Positions 1-9,176 of a stretch of DNA of 49,820 bases are shown piece after piece; the first letter of the stretch is position 1; each line of letters opens with the position of its first letter. The stretch comes from a bacterium (GTDB lineage Bacteria; Patescibacteriota; Patescibacteriia; Patescibacteriales; GWC2-42-12). The DNA lies in the NCBI GenBank assembly GCA_043807825.1, contig JAZDFM010000029.1, positions 1-49,820 of the forward strand, written 5' to 3'. The notes below the pieces were generated by a model. It saw only the letters and a program-made list of their open reading frames with translations. It was not told where the DNA came from and ran no database searches. Both the position numbers and the translations under genes were made by a program.

Positions 1-116
1 CTAACTGGTTATTATGCAACCTTTTTGGTTGATAACAGCAAAAATTTGTATTCTATGCAAACTTTTGTTATTATTTAAACAAGAAGTTGTAATGCTTTAA
101 TTATAGTAAAATTTTT

Positions 117-950
117 ATGGAAACGCAAACATTGGCAACGGGTTTATTCCAAAAAACCGAAGAATTATTGAGATTGAGAAATTATAGCTCCAAAACTATT
201 AAAAGTTATTTATTTTATATTAAGGATTTTTTACTTTTCGCTAAGCAAAATAAAATTTTAAACAAAGATGAGGCGGTTAAATGTTTTTTACTAAATAGGC
301 AAGACAATGGCAACGCTCCGCAAACCATCAATTTGGCGCTTAACGCGATTAAATTTTTTTATCGCGAAGTCATAAAGTCTCCGGAAAAAATTGATTTAAA
401 ATTCGCGAAAAGAAATAAAAGATTGCCGATTGTTTTATCGCGGGCGGAAATTAAAAAAATTATTTTCAACACCGGCAACAACAAACATCGTCTTATGATT
501 TCTTTGGGGTATGGAGCCGGTTTGCGAGTGAGCGAAGTTTTAAATATAAAAGTAAAGGACCTTAATATCGCGGAATTGACTATTCACATCAAAGAAGCAA
601 AGGGAAAAAAAGATCGTATTACCGTGTTCCCCGAAAAAATGATCGCGGATATTCAAAATCTTATAGCCGGCAAAGAAGGCAACGACTTTGTTTTTGAAAG
701 CAATAGGGGCGGGAAATTAACAACGACTACCGCGCAGAAAGTTTTTGAGAACGCTTTGAAAAAATCCAGTATTCAAAAAGACGCTACTTTTCATTCATTA
801 AGGCACAGTTTCGCCACGCATTTATTGGAAAATGGCGTTGATGTGCGGTATGTGCAGGAGTTATTGGGGCATGCCAATATCAGGACAACGCAGATTTATA
901 CGAAAGTTACCAATCCGATGTTGAAAAACATTAAAAGTCCGTTGGTTTAG
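117..950 (+). CDS. tyrosine site-specific recombinase, XerC/XerD-like integrase family
   Basis: 277-aa ORF. The C-terminal HSLRHSFATHLLENGVDVRYVQELLGHANIRTTQIYTKV matches the R-H-R-Y catalytic region of tyrosine recombinases. N-terminal SAM-like core-binding region (KTIKSYLFYIKDF). Confidence 0.85.
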   Translation: METQTLATGLFQKTEELLRLRNYSSKTIKSYLFYIKDFLLFAKQNKILNKDEAVKCFLLNRQDNGNAPQTINLALNAIKFFYREVIKSPEKIDLKFAKRNKRLPIVLSRAEIKKIIFNTGNNKHRLMISLGYGAGLRVSEVLNIKVKDLNIAELTIHIKEAKGKKDRITVFPEKMIADIQNLIAGKEGNDFVFESNRGGKLTTTTAQKVFENALKKSSIQKDATFHSLRHSFATHLLENGVDVRYVQELLGHANIRTTQIYTKVTNPMLKNIKSPLV

Positions 951-960
951 CAGTTGGTTT

Positions 961-1108
961 AAAGAATGAGATTGCCGCGCTCCCTTTGGTCGCTCGCAAT
1001 GACAAATGACAAAAGAATGAGATTGCCACGCTCCCTTTGGTCGCTCGCAATGACAAATGACAAAAGAATGAGATTGCCGCGCTCCCTTTGGTCGCTCGCA
1101 ATGACAAA
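961..1108 (+). repeat. three tandem 51-bp copies of a GAGATTGC...GCAATGACA REP-like unit
   Basis: The unit aaagaatgagattgccgcgctccctttggtcgctcgcaatgacaaatgac starts at 961, 1012 and 1063. Copy 2 has one substitution (a at 1028). The period of 51 nt equals 17 codons, so it reads through as MRLPRSLWSLAMTNDKR x3. Confidence 0.9.
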
Positions 1109-1115
1109 ACATTAT

Positions 1116-2123
1116 ATGATTAAAGCATTGGTATTATTATCCGGCGGTTTGGATTCCGTTTTAGCGGCGCGCGTTTTAATGGATCAGGGAATTGAAGTCG
1201 TCGGATTATGTTTTAAAAGTTATTTTTTTAATTCCGAACAAGCTAAAAAATCCGCTCTCGCGCTGGGCATTGAATTAGTTGAAGCTGATTTTTCGGATGA
1301 GCATTTGGCAATGGTGAAAAATCCGAAATACGGTTATGGAAAAAATATGAATCCGTGCGTTGATTGCCACGCGCTGATGCTGAAAAAAGCGAAAGAAATA
1401 ATGGGAAAATCCCGCTATGATTTCGTTGCCACGGGAGAAGTTTTGGGACAAAGGCCGATGTCGCAGAACAGGCAGGCTTTGAAGACGGTGGAAAAAGCCG
1501 CGGGCATGGAAGGAAAATTATTAAGGCCGCTGTCGGCCAAGCTTTTGGATGAAACGGAAATTGAAAAATCAGGCAAGGCGGAAAGGGAAAAATTATTTGA
1601 TATCAGCGGGCGATCTCGCAACGCGCAGATGCGGATGGCGGAAAAATACGGCATTAAAGAATACGCCAGTCCGGGAGGAGGATGTATTTTGGCCGATTCG
1701 GAATTCGGCGCGAAATTGCTTAAAATGTTTGAATATTGGCCTGATTGCGGCGGCCATGATGTTGAATTGTTGAAATGCGGGCGAGTGTTTTGGTTTAAAA
1801 ATCAACGAGGAAGCGACATTTTGTTTGTAATAGGCAGAAATCAGAAAGATAACGAACGATTGGAAAAATTTGCGAAGAGGGACGATATAATGATAGAATT
1901 GGCAGAAGAGAACGGTCCCGCGAGTTTGATAAGAGGAATGGAGAATAAGCCGCGAATAATGGATAAAATGCCTGAAATAAATGTGCCTGAAAAGTTGGAA
2001 ATCAGCGGTTTGAAAATGGGAGAAAATAAAAGCGAAGCTGAAATATTCGCGGCAGTTATGGCGCTCACCGGATATTATTCGGTTAAAGCCAGAGGAAAAA
2101 AAATGAAATTTATAATTAAATAA
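1116..2123 (+). CDS. PP-loop ATP pyrophosphatase, tRNA thiolation enzyme (ThiI/MnmA-like)
   Basis: SGGLDS PP-loop right after the ATG at 1116 (MIKALVLLSGGLDS). NPCVDCH and ATGEVLGQRPMSQ motifs resemble MnmA/ThiI adenylation domains. The ORF-track start at 966 lies in the tandem repeat and is rejected. Confidence 0.65.
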   Translation: MIKALVLLSGGLDSVLAARVLMDQGIEVVGLCFKSYFFNSEQAKKSALALGIELVEADFSDEHLAMVKNPKYGYGKNMNPCVDCHALMLKKAKEIMGKSRYDFVATGEVLGQRPMSQNRQALKTVEKAAGMEGKLLRPLSAKLLDETEIEKSGKAEREKLFDISGRSRNAQMRMAEKYGIKEYASPGGGCILADSEFGAKLLKMFEYWPDCGGHDVELLKCGRVFWFKNQRGSDILFVIGRNQKDNERLEKFAKRDDIMIELAEENGPASLIRGMENKPRIMDKMPEINVPEKLEISGLKMGENKSEAEIFAAVMALTGYYSVKARGKKMKFIIK

Positions 2124-2130
2124 ATAAATT

Positions 2131-2685
2131 ATGAAAAAAACTCTTATCATTTTGGCGATTGTCGCCGTAGTCTCGGGCTTGTATGCTTGGGGAATTTACA
2201 ACAAAATGGTTGCGGCTAACGAAGGCGTGGACAATATGTGGGCGCAGGTTGAAAGTCAGTATCAAAGGCGATTTGATTTGATTCCGAATTTGGTTGAATC
2301 GGTTAAAGGCGCGATGGCGCAGGAACAAAAAGTTTTCGGCGATTTGGCCGAAGCTCGCTCGCATTATTCCGGAGCTTCCACTGTGAGCGAAAAAGCCGCC
2401 GCCGCCGGACAAGTTGAAAGCGCTTTATCCAGATTGCTCGTGGTTATGGAAAATTACCCGCAGTTGAAATCAACGGAAACCGTGCAGACTCTGATGGCGC
2501 AATTGGAAGGAACGGAAAACAGGATCAGCGTGGAAAGAAAAAGATTCAATGACGCGGCGCGAGATTTCAATGTTATGATCAAGCGCTTTCCGGCCAAATT
2601 GTTCGCCGCTTTTTACGGCTTTTCGGAAAAATCTTACTTTGAATCGGCTACCGGAGCGGAAAACGCGCCATCGGTGAATTTTTAA
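2131..2685 (+). CDS. lemA: LemA family membrane protein
   Basis: N-terminal TM helix, then NMWAQVESQYQRRFDLIPNLVESVKG and the MENYPQLKS motif typical of LemA. Followed by a TPM-domain gene, as is usual for this pair. Confidence 0.85.
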   Translation: MKKTLIILAIVAVVSGLYAWGIYNKMVAANEGVDNMWAQVESQYQRRFDLIPNLVESVKGAMAQEQKVFGDLAEARSHYSGASTVSEKAAAAGQVESALSRLLVVMENYPQLKSTETVQTLMAQLEGTENRISVERKRFNDAARDFNVMIKRFPAKLFAAFYGFSEKSYFESATGAENAPSVNF

Positions 2686-2702
2686 AAATATTAAAGCATT
2701 AG

Positions 2703-2844
2703 GCCATGCGCGGCAAATTGTTTTTTTGCTTAGATAAAATTTGGGCGTTTTTTGCAAAAATTATTTTGTTAATTTTTTGTGATAATTTTTGTAAAAAATC
2801 GCTACAATTTTATATGCGCAAAAAAACAATTTGCCGCGCATGGC
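2703..2844. repeat. 142-bp element with perfect 27-bp terminal inverted repeats (MITE-like, inverton-like or long hairpin)
   Basis: gccatgcgcggcaaattgtttttttgc at 2703-2729 is the exact reverse complement of 2818-2844. The 88-bp AT-rich spacer contains tgtgataat (extended -10-like). Confidence 0.85.
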
Positions 2845-2857
2845 ATTGGCCGGCAAA

Positions 2858-3724
2858 ATGAAAAAAATATTTTTTTTAATTTTTTTGTTTATCGCGATGC
2901 CAGTTTCGGCTTACTATAATCCGGGACAGCCAAGCGGTTTTGTCAATGATTATGCCGGAATTTTGTCCGGCGAGGAAAAGCAAGCGCTGGAAAGTAAGTT
3001 ATCGCAATTTGAAAAAGAAACCGGAAACGAGATAGCTGTTGTTTTAATTGGAAGCCTGCAAGGCGACACGATTGAAAATTTCGCGGTTAAATTGTTTGAA
3101 GATTGGAAAATCGGCAAGAAAGGCAAAGACAACGGCGTTATGATTTTGGCGGCGAAAGATGATCGGAAAATGAGGATAGAAGTCGGCTATGGCTTGGAAG
3201 GCGCTTTGACCGACGCGCAGTCAAATTGGATTATAAACAAAATGATGCAGCCGGCGTTTCGCTCCAATGATTTTTACGCCGGAATTGACGGAGCGGTTTT
3301 TGAAATAATGTCCGCGGCGCAAGGGGAAATTATTCCGAGCGAAAACGGCGGGCAAGAAAACAAGCCAGCGAGAAATTTTGATTTTTTTTGGTTCGGAAGT
3401 TTTATTTTTATCTGGATAGCCAGCATTTTGGGCCGTTCCAAATCGTGGTGGGCCGGCGGAGTTATCGGCGCGGTTGCCGGGATAATCATCGGGATCATAA
3501 AAGGCTTTTTGTTTTTCGGCATAATTTCCATGGCTGTTTTGGCGCCGTTAGGCTTGCTGTTTGATTATTTTGTGTCAAAAAAATATCAAGCCGGAAAAGC
3601 CGGAGGCCATATTCCGTGGTGGATCGGCGGCGGACGCGGCGGTTCGTCCGGCGGCTTTGGCGGAGGTTTCGGCGGCTTTGGAGGCGGTTCGTCCGGCGGC
3701 GGCGGATCAAGCGGAAGCTGGTAA
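2858..3724 (+). CDS. TPM domain protein (YgcG-like) with glycine-rich C-terminus
   Basis: Signal-like MKKIFFLIFLFIAMPVSA. FVNDYAGILS...IAVV...MRIEVGYGLEG is the TPM/phosphatase-fold signature. C-terminal TM segments and a GGFGGG tail. ATG at 2858 is preferred over the TTG at 2831, which lies inside the inverted repeat. Confidence 0.8.
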   Translation: MKKIFFLIFLFIAMPVSAYYNPGQPSGFVNDYAGILSGEEKQALESKLSQFEKETGNEIAVVLIGSLQGDTIENFAVKLFEDWKIGKKGKDNGVMILAAKDDRKMRIEVGYGLEGALTDAQSNWIINKMMQPAFRSNDFYAGIDGAVFEIMSAAQGEIIPSENGGQENKPARNFDFFWFGSFIFIWIASILGRSKSWWAGGVIGAVAGIIIGIIKGFLFFGIISMAVLAPLGLLFDYFVSKKYQAGKAGGHIPWWIGGGRGGSSGGFGGGFGGFGGGSSGGGGSSGSW

Positions 3725-3748
3725 ATTAAATAAACATAACAATACAAT

Positions 3749-5173
3749 ATGCAAAAAACAAATTATCAGGACATGGAAAAAAAATTAACGGCGCAAAGAA
3801 AAAACGCTTGGGAAGTTTGGGATGAGAAAACAGCCAAGCAAGCTTTTGTTTTTTCCGAAGAGTACAAGAAATTTTTGAATAAAAGCAAAACTGAGCGCGA
3901 AGCCGTGTCAGCGAGCGCGGTTTTGGCAGAGAAAGCCGGTTTTAAAAATATGGATTCCGTGAAATCGCTTAAAACCGGAGATAAAATTTACTCTGCCAAT
4001 CGCGGAAAAAGTTTGTTTTTGGCGAAAATCGGAAAAAAATCTATGAGCCATGGATTCAATATGATCATGCCGCATATTGATTCTCCTCATTTGGATTTAA
4101 AGGTTATGCCTTTGTATGAAGATGAAAATTTGGCGTTTTTAAAAACTCATTATTACGGCGGAATCAAAAAGTACCAATGGCCGACCATAGCTTTGGCTTT
4201 GCATGGGCAAGTTTATCTGGAAAATGGAAAAAAAATAGAAATAAATATCGGCGAGAAAGACAGCGATCCGATTTTCATGATCACCGACCTTCTGCCGCAC
4301 ATAGACCGGCACGGAGCGCCGGGCTCAAAAGTTGAATCAAAAGAAGTGCAAGGCGAAGACCTTAATTTGGTAGTCGGGTCAATACCGATCAAAGATGAAA
4401 AAATAAAAGAAAAAGTGAAATTGGCGGTTTTGGAGTATTTATGGAACGAATACGGAATCAAGGAAATTGATTTGGCCAGCGCCGAATTAAGAGCCGTGCC
4501 GTGCGAAAAAGCCAGGGATTTGGGTTTTGACAGAAGTTTGATCGCGGCTTTCGGACAGGATGATTTGGTCTGCGCTTACGCGGCTTTAATGGGAATTATA
4601 GATTCAAAAGCCGGCGAAAAAACGCAAATTTTGGCTATGGTTGACCGCGAAGAAATCGGCTCGGCCGGCAATACAAGCGCCAATTCGTATTTTTTGGAAA
4701 CTTTTGTTTCGGATTTGTTAAAATTGTCGGAAGGGAAAGGCGGCATGCATTATGTTTATAAAGTTTTTTCAAAAAGCCGTGCCATCAGCGCCGATGTCGC
4801 GGCCGGATTGGATCCCGATTACAAAGAAGTTTTTGACGCGCGAAACTCTTGCCGCTTGGGCTTTGGACTGGCCATAGAAAAATACACTGGCTTCGGCGGC
4901 AAATATTCGGCCAGCGAAGTTTCCGGAGAATTTATGCGCGAGCTGATGACATTGTGCGATAAAAATAAAAATATCGTTTATCAGCTTGCCGGAGGGCTTG
5001 GCAAAATTGACAAAGGCGGCGGCGGCACGATTGCCAAATATTTGGCCAATCGCAATATGGAAGCCATTGACGCCGGCGTCGCTTTATTCAATATGCACGC
5101 GCCATTGGAAATTTCTTCAAAAGCCGATATTTTCTGCGCTTATTCGGGGTATAAAATTTTTCTTGAAAATTAG
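3749..5173 (+). CDS. M18-family aminopeptidase (aspartyl aminopeptidase-like)
   Basis: 474 aa. The HIDSPHLDLK motif, the DREEIGS metal-ligand region and overall length match the M18 zinc aminopeptidase family. Confidence 0.75.
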   Translation: MQKTNYQDMEKKLTAQRKNAWEVWDEKTAKQAFVFSEEYKKFLNKSKTEREAVSASAVLAEKAGFKNMDSVKSLKTGDKIYSANRGKSLFLAKIGKKSMSHGFNMIMPHIDSPHLDLKVMPLYEDENLAFLKTHYYGGIKKYQWPTIALALHGQVYLENGKKIEINIGEKDSDPIFMITDLLPHIDRHGAPGSKVESKEVQGEDLNLVVGSIPIKDEKIKEKVKLAVLEYLWNEYGIKEIDLASAELRAVPCEKARDLGFDRSLIAAFGQDDLVCAYAALMGIIDSKAGEKTQILAMVDREEIGSAGNTSANSYFLETFVSDLLKLSEGKGGMHYVYKVFSKSRAISADVAAGLDPDYKEVFDARNSCRLGFGLAIEKYTGFGGKYSASEVSGEFMRELMTLCDKNKNIVYQLAGGLGKIDKGGGGTIAKYLANRNMEAIDAGVALFNMHAPLEISSKADIFCAYSGYKIFLEN

Positions 5174-5205
5174 TTTTTCTTGAAAAAATCAGCTATAATA
5201 TATTT

Positions 5206-6909
5206 ATGCCAAACAGCCAATCAATCAAAGATTTGTTCAGCGATGCGTCCGGGCAATCGCCAAATGATGAAAGCGCTTCGGCCAAATTCGCGGTCAAAGA
5301 AAAAAAATTGAAAATCAAAGAGCTTGAACGGCTCACCAAGCAGGCGGCGGATAATTCCGGATTGCCGTATGTTGATTTGGCCGGTTTTCCCATCAGCCCG
5401 GAAGCTTTGGTTTTGATTGACGAAGCCGAAGCCGCGGCGATTAAAACTCTGTGTTTTTTTTACGACGGCAAAAATATCCGTTTGGGAAGTTTGAATCCCG
5501 GCGAAGAGGATGTGAAAAAAATGTCTGATAAGTTGGCGGAAAAATATTTCGCGGATGTAAAAATTTATCTGATTACGGAGAATAGTTTTAATTACGGCAT
5601 GGAAATGTACAAAACAATACCCAAAGTCAGGGAAGTTGTGAGAGGGGTGAAAATCACCGAAGAAGAATTGAACAAATACGGGGAAAAATTTTCCAGCTTC
5701 AAAGATTTTCAGGAAGAAATAGTCAAAGCGCAGGTTACTGAAATAGTCTCCATGATTATGGCCGCGGCCGTAAAATCAAATTCATCGGACATACACATTG
5801 AAGCCGAAGAAAAATCAATAAAAGTGAGGTTCAGAATTGACGGAGTTTTGCATGATGTCGCGATAATAGATAAGTCGTCATGGGAAAAAATAATTTCGCG
5901 CATGAAGCTTTTAGCCGCCGTGAAAATAAATGTTACGGACAAGCCGCAAGACGGCAGGCTGTCTATTTATCTGAAAGACGAACGGGTTGATATTCGCTCT
6001 TCTTTTTTGCCGACCAATTTTGGCGAAAGCGTCGTGATGAGGCTTTTGCGGTCAAACGCCGTCGGATTGGAATTCAATGATTTAGGCATAAGGGGCAGGG
6101 CTTTTGAACAACTGAAACGGGAAGTGGAACGCCCGAACGGAATGATTATAACTACAGGTCCGACAGGCTCGGGGAAAACCACCACTCTTTACGCGATTTT
6201 AAGAAAATTGAACAATCCGGAAACAAAAATAATAACCATTGAAGATCCGATTGAATACCAGCTGGCGGGAGTCAACCAATCCCAAACAAGCAAAAATTAC
6301 ACTTTTGCCCAGGGTTTGCGGTCAATCGTGAGGCAAGATCCGGATATTGTCATGGTTGGAGAAATCCGCGACCTTGAAACATCGGAAATAGCGATTCAAG
6401 CGGCTTTGACCGGGCATTTGGTTTTATCAACCATCCATACCAATGACGCGTCCGGCACGGTGCCGAGATTTTTATCCATGGGCGCCAAGCCGTATTTATT
6501 GGCTCCGGCTTTGAACGCCATGATCGGGCAGAGGTTAGTCAGAAAAATCTGCGCGAAATGCAAGCGGGAATCCAAGCTTGACGATGAAACTTTAAAAAGG
6601 GCCAAAGATCTGCTGAACGGGCTTTTGGAAGAAGACAAGAAAAAAATTGATTTTGGCAATTTGAAATTTTATGCCGGCGGCGGCTGTGAAGCTTGCCAAG
6701 GCATCGGCTATAAAGGCCGCGTGGGAATTTATGAAGTTTTGACCATGAATCAGGAAATTGAAAAATTGATTTTAGGCGGGCAGGCGAGCGAATACGATAT
6801 GAGCGACAACGCTAAGAAAAACGGCATGATAACCATGGCGCAGGACGGCTTGCTGAAAGCGCTTGACGGCATAACCAGCGTTGAAGAAGTGTTCAGAGTG
6901 TCGGAGTAA
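5206..6909 (+). CDS. pilB: type II/IV secretion ATPase, PilB/GspE family
   Basis: N-terminal GSPII_E_N-like domain, Walker A GPTGSGKTTT, Asp box/Walker B DPDIVMVGEIRD, His box, and the tetracysteine motif CAKC...CEAC typical of PilB/GspE. Confidence 0.9.
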   Translation: MPNSQSIKDLFSDASGQSPNDESASAKFAVKEKKLKIKELERLTKQAADNSGLPYVDLAGFPISPEALVLIDEAEAAAIKTLCFFYDGKNIRLGSLNPGEEDVKKMSDKLAEKYFADVKIYLITENSFNYGMEMYKTIPKVREVVRGVKITEEELNKYGEKFSSFKDFQEEIVKAQVTEIVSMIMAAAVKSNSSDIHIEAEEKSIKVRFRIDGVLHDVAIIDKSSWEKIISRMKLLAAVKINVTDKPQDGRLSIYLKDERVDIRSSFLPTNFGESVVMRLLRSNAVGLEFNDLGIRGRAFEQLKREVERPNGMIITTGPTGSGKTTTLYAILRKLNNPETKIITIEDPIEYQLAGVNQSQTSKNYTFAQGLRSIVRQDPDIVMVGEIRDLETSEIAIQAALTGHLVLSTIHTNDASGTVPRFLSMGAKPYLLAPALNAMIGQRLVRKICAKCKRESKLDDETLKRAKDLLNGLLEEDKKKIDFGNLKFYAGGGCEACQGIGYKGRVGIYEVLTMNQEIEKLILGGQASEYDMSDNAKKNGMITMAQDGLLKALDGITSVEEVFRVSE

Positions 6910-6917
6910 AAATATTT

Positions 6918-7487
6918 ATGATAAATAAAAAATTCGTTCAAAAATTAAAGCGCGAATACGATGATTATGAAGGCGAGCGCCGCCAAATTATCAGCTTGTC
7001 AAACGCGGTTTTGCATGATTCCAAACGGGTGATTTTCGCTTTGCACCGCTTTGATGAAAATAAAGCAGGCGAATCTTTGGCCGTAATTGAAAAAATTTTA
7101 ACTGATCTTGAAAAAAAATTCGGGCATGCCAGATTATCGCAGGAAGGCTCTTACAAAGCCGGAGTTGAAGAATATGTTGAAGCTAAAATGCTGAATAAAT
7201 TGGTGAACGGAGAAAAGATTGATTTTATAAAAAATTTGGAAATAAATTGCGAAAGCTATTTGTCGGGAATCTGCGATTTGACCGGCGAATTGGTAAGGCA
7301 AGCTGTTAATATCGCGGCATCCGGAAAAACCGAACAAGTCGCGAAAATAAAAAATATCATTGATGAAATTATGTCCGAATTGGTGGAATTTGACATGACC
7401 GGATATTTGCGGACAAAATACGACCAGGCCAAAGGCAATGCCAGAAAAATAGAGCAAATCGGATATGAAATAAATTTAAGAAAATAG
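6918..7487 (+). CDS. translin family protein
   Basis: 189-aa all-helical protein. SYLSGICDLTGELVRQAV matches the YL.G..DL.GEL.R translin signature. The architecture resembles archaeal translin-like proteins. Confidence 0.65.
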   Translation: MINKKFVQKLKREYDDYEGERRQIISLSNAVLHDSKRVIFALHRFDENKAGESLAVIEKILTDLEKKFGHARLSQEGSYKAGVEEYVEAKMLNKLVNGEKIDFIKNLEINCESYLSGICDLTGELVRQAVNIAASGKTEQVAKIKNIIDEIMSELVEFDMTGYLRTKYDQAKGNARKIEQIGYEINLRK

Positions 7488-7496
7488 AGCGAGATT

Positions 7497-8630
7497 ATGT
7501 CTAAAAATTACATATTGGCGGTCGCCACTTTAATAGGCGCGATTATCGGGGTTGGTTTATTCGCCATTCCGTCAATCGTCAACAAAGCCGGTGTCGCGCC
7601 GTTTTTTGTTTATCTTGCCGTTCTCGCGGTTATACAATATTATCTGCATCTGCTTTTCGCCGAAGTGATTTTGTCAACCAAAACAAAACATCGCCTCCCC
7701 GGGTTTGCCGGAAAATATATCGGCGCGAAAAGCAAAAAATTGTCTTTTGTTATTGATATTGTCGGATCCTATGGCTCAATGCTGGCTTATATCATCGTGG
7801 GCGGCCTTTTTTTGCGCCAGCTTGCGGCCGCCTATTTCGGCGGAAGCGTTTTTTTGTATTCAACAATTATTTTTGCCTTTGTTTCTTTGATTGTTTTTTT
7901 TGACATTAAGATGATCGCCGGAACCGAATTTATTTTGACTTCATTGCTGATCGCCGCCATCGGGTTGATCGCTTGGCGCGGATTCGGGCATATTAGATTG
8001 GACAATTACCATTTGGTTGAATGGAAAAATATTTTTTTGCCGTACGGCCCGATATTTTTCGCGGTTGGCGGAGGAGCCGCGATTCCGGAAGTCTGCCGCC
8101 TGATGTCCGGGCAAAAGGAAAAAATAAAAAGCGCGATCGCCTGGGGAACTTTTATTCCGGCCGCGCTGATGATGGTTTTTGTCTTGGTTGTTTTGGGCAT
8201 CACCGGAGAAAACACTTCGCCTGACACTTTGTCCGGATTAAGCTTGGTTTTGAAAGACGGAGTCGTGATTTTTTCTTTGATTTTCGGATTATTGGCTATT
8301 CTAACTTCCTACATTATCACGGCCCAGGCCACGGAAGAAATTTACCAGTGGGATTTCGGAGCTAAAAACAAGCGCGCGTGGTTTTTGGCTTGTTTCGCGC
8401 CTTATTTTTTATATTTAATCGGCTGGACGGATTTGATAAAAATTATAAGCTTTACCGGAGCGGTTTTGGGCGGATTGTCCGGAATTATTCTGATTTGCAT
8501 TGTGTTTAAAGTGAAGGCCAAGCCGGAAAAAATTTCTTGCGTCCAATGCGTTTTGAACAAGCCGATAGCTTACGGATTGTGCCTGATGTTTATTCTTGGC
8601 ATGGCTTATGAAATTTTCGCGAATTTATGA
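7497..8630 (+). CDS. amino acid transporter family membrane protein (Aa_trans / Trp_Tyr_perm-like)
   Basis: 377 aa, about 11 hydrophobic helices. The N-terminal LIGAIIGVGLFAIPS motif is typical of this permease superfamily. Confidence 0.55.
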   Translation: MSKNYILAVATLIGAIIGVGLFAIPSIVNKAGVAPFFVYLAVLAVIQYYLHLLFAEVILSTKTKHRLPGFAGKYIGAKSKKLSFVIDIVGSYGSMLAYIIVGGLFLRQLAAAYFGGSVFLYSTIIFAFVSLIVFFDIKMIAGTEFILTSLLIAAIGLIAWRGFGHIRLDNYHLVEWKNIFLPYGPIFFAVGGGAAIPEVCRLMSGQKEKIKSAIAWGTFIPAALMMVFVLVVLGITGENTSPDTLSGLSLVLKDGVVIFSLIFGLLAILTSYIITAQATEEIYQWDFGAKNKRAWFLACFAPYFLYLIGWTDLIKIISFTGAVLGGLSGIILICIVFKVKAKPEKISCVQCVLNKPIAYGLCLMFILGMAYEIFANL

Positions 8631-9139
8631 AATTTTTAATCATATCCGACATACATGACAATTCTGCCAATTTGGAAAAATGCGCGCGATGGGGGAAAAG
8701 CGAAAAAATAGAAAACGCGATTTGTTGCGGAGATGTCGCCAACGCGGAAACTTTAAAGCGCCTTGCCGAAAATTTTAAAGCCGTGTATTTGGTGAGAGGC
8801 AACATGGAAATATATGGCGAATCGGAAATTGAAAAATATGAAAATATAAAGTATGGCGGCCGGTTCGGGGTATTTGAAATTAGCGGAAAAATAATCGGCT
8901 TGTGCCATGAGCCGCGGTTTATGGCACAAGTTTTGGAAATAAAAAAATGCTCCGTGATTTTTTACGGGCATACTCACAAACCGTGGATTGAAGAAAAAGA
9001 CGGAATAATCTCCGCCAACCCCGGAACTTTGGGGGGAGTGTTCAATAAAGCCAGTTTCGCTGTTTGGGACAGCGAGAGCGGCAAATTGGAATTGAAAATA
9101 TTGGAATTATTACATATGGAGCGCGCGATATGTTTTTGA
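8627..9139 (+). CDS. metallophosphoesterase, YfcE/MJ0936 family
   Basis: MKFLIISDIHDN, GD, RGN and GHTHKPW motifs. The start overlaps the upstream stop (ATGA). Confidence 0.85.
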   Translation: MKFLIISDIHDNSANLEKCARWGKSEKIENAICCGDVANAETLKRLAENFKAVYLVRGNMEIYGESEIEKYENIKYGGRFGVFEISGKIIGLCHEPRFMAQVLEIKKCSVIFYGHTHKPWIEEKDGIISANPGTLGGVFNKASFAVWDSESGKLELKILELLHMERAICF

Positions 9140-9167
9140 TTGACAGCCGGCCGATATTTGATAGAAT
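9140..9167 (+). promoter_or_regulatory. sigma70-like promoter for proS (TTGACA-16-TAGAAT)
   Basis: ttgaca at 9140-9145 and tagaat at 9162-9167. Only 9 nt separate the -10 box from the ATG at 9177, so the mRNA would be near-leaderless. Confidence 0.5.
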
Positions 9168-9176
9168 GTACATATT

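Noticed and set aside
961-1108. Possible CRISPR array
   Set aside because: Only three units are present, and the 14-nt inter-palindrome segments are identical rather than unique spacers. No cas genes are nearby.
861-1112. 83-aa minus-strand ORF (CHCERPKGARQSHSFVI repeats)
   Set aside because: It is the antisense translation of the same tandem repeat and overlaps the recombinase 3' end. There is no independent coding signal.
966-1115. N-terminal 50-aa extension of the PP-loop protein ORF (MRLPRSLWSLAMTNDKR x3)
   Set aside because: It is simply the translation of the 51-bp tandem REP-like array. The conserved SGGLDS loop follows the ATG at 1116, as in other PP-loop enzymes.
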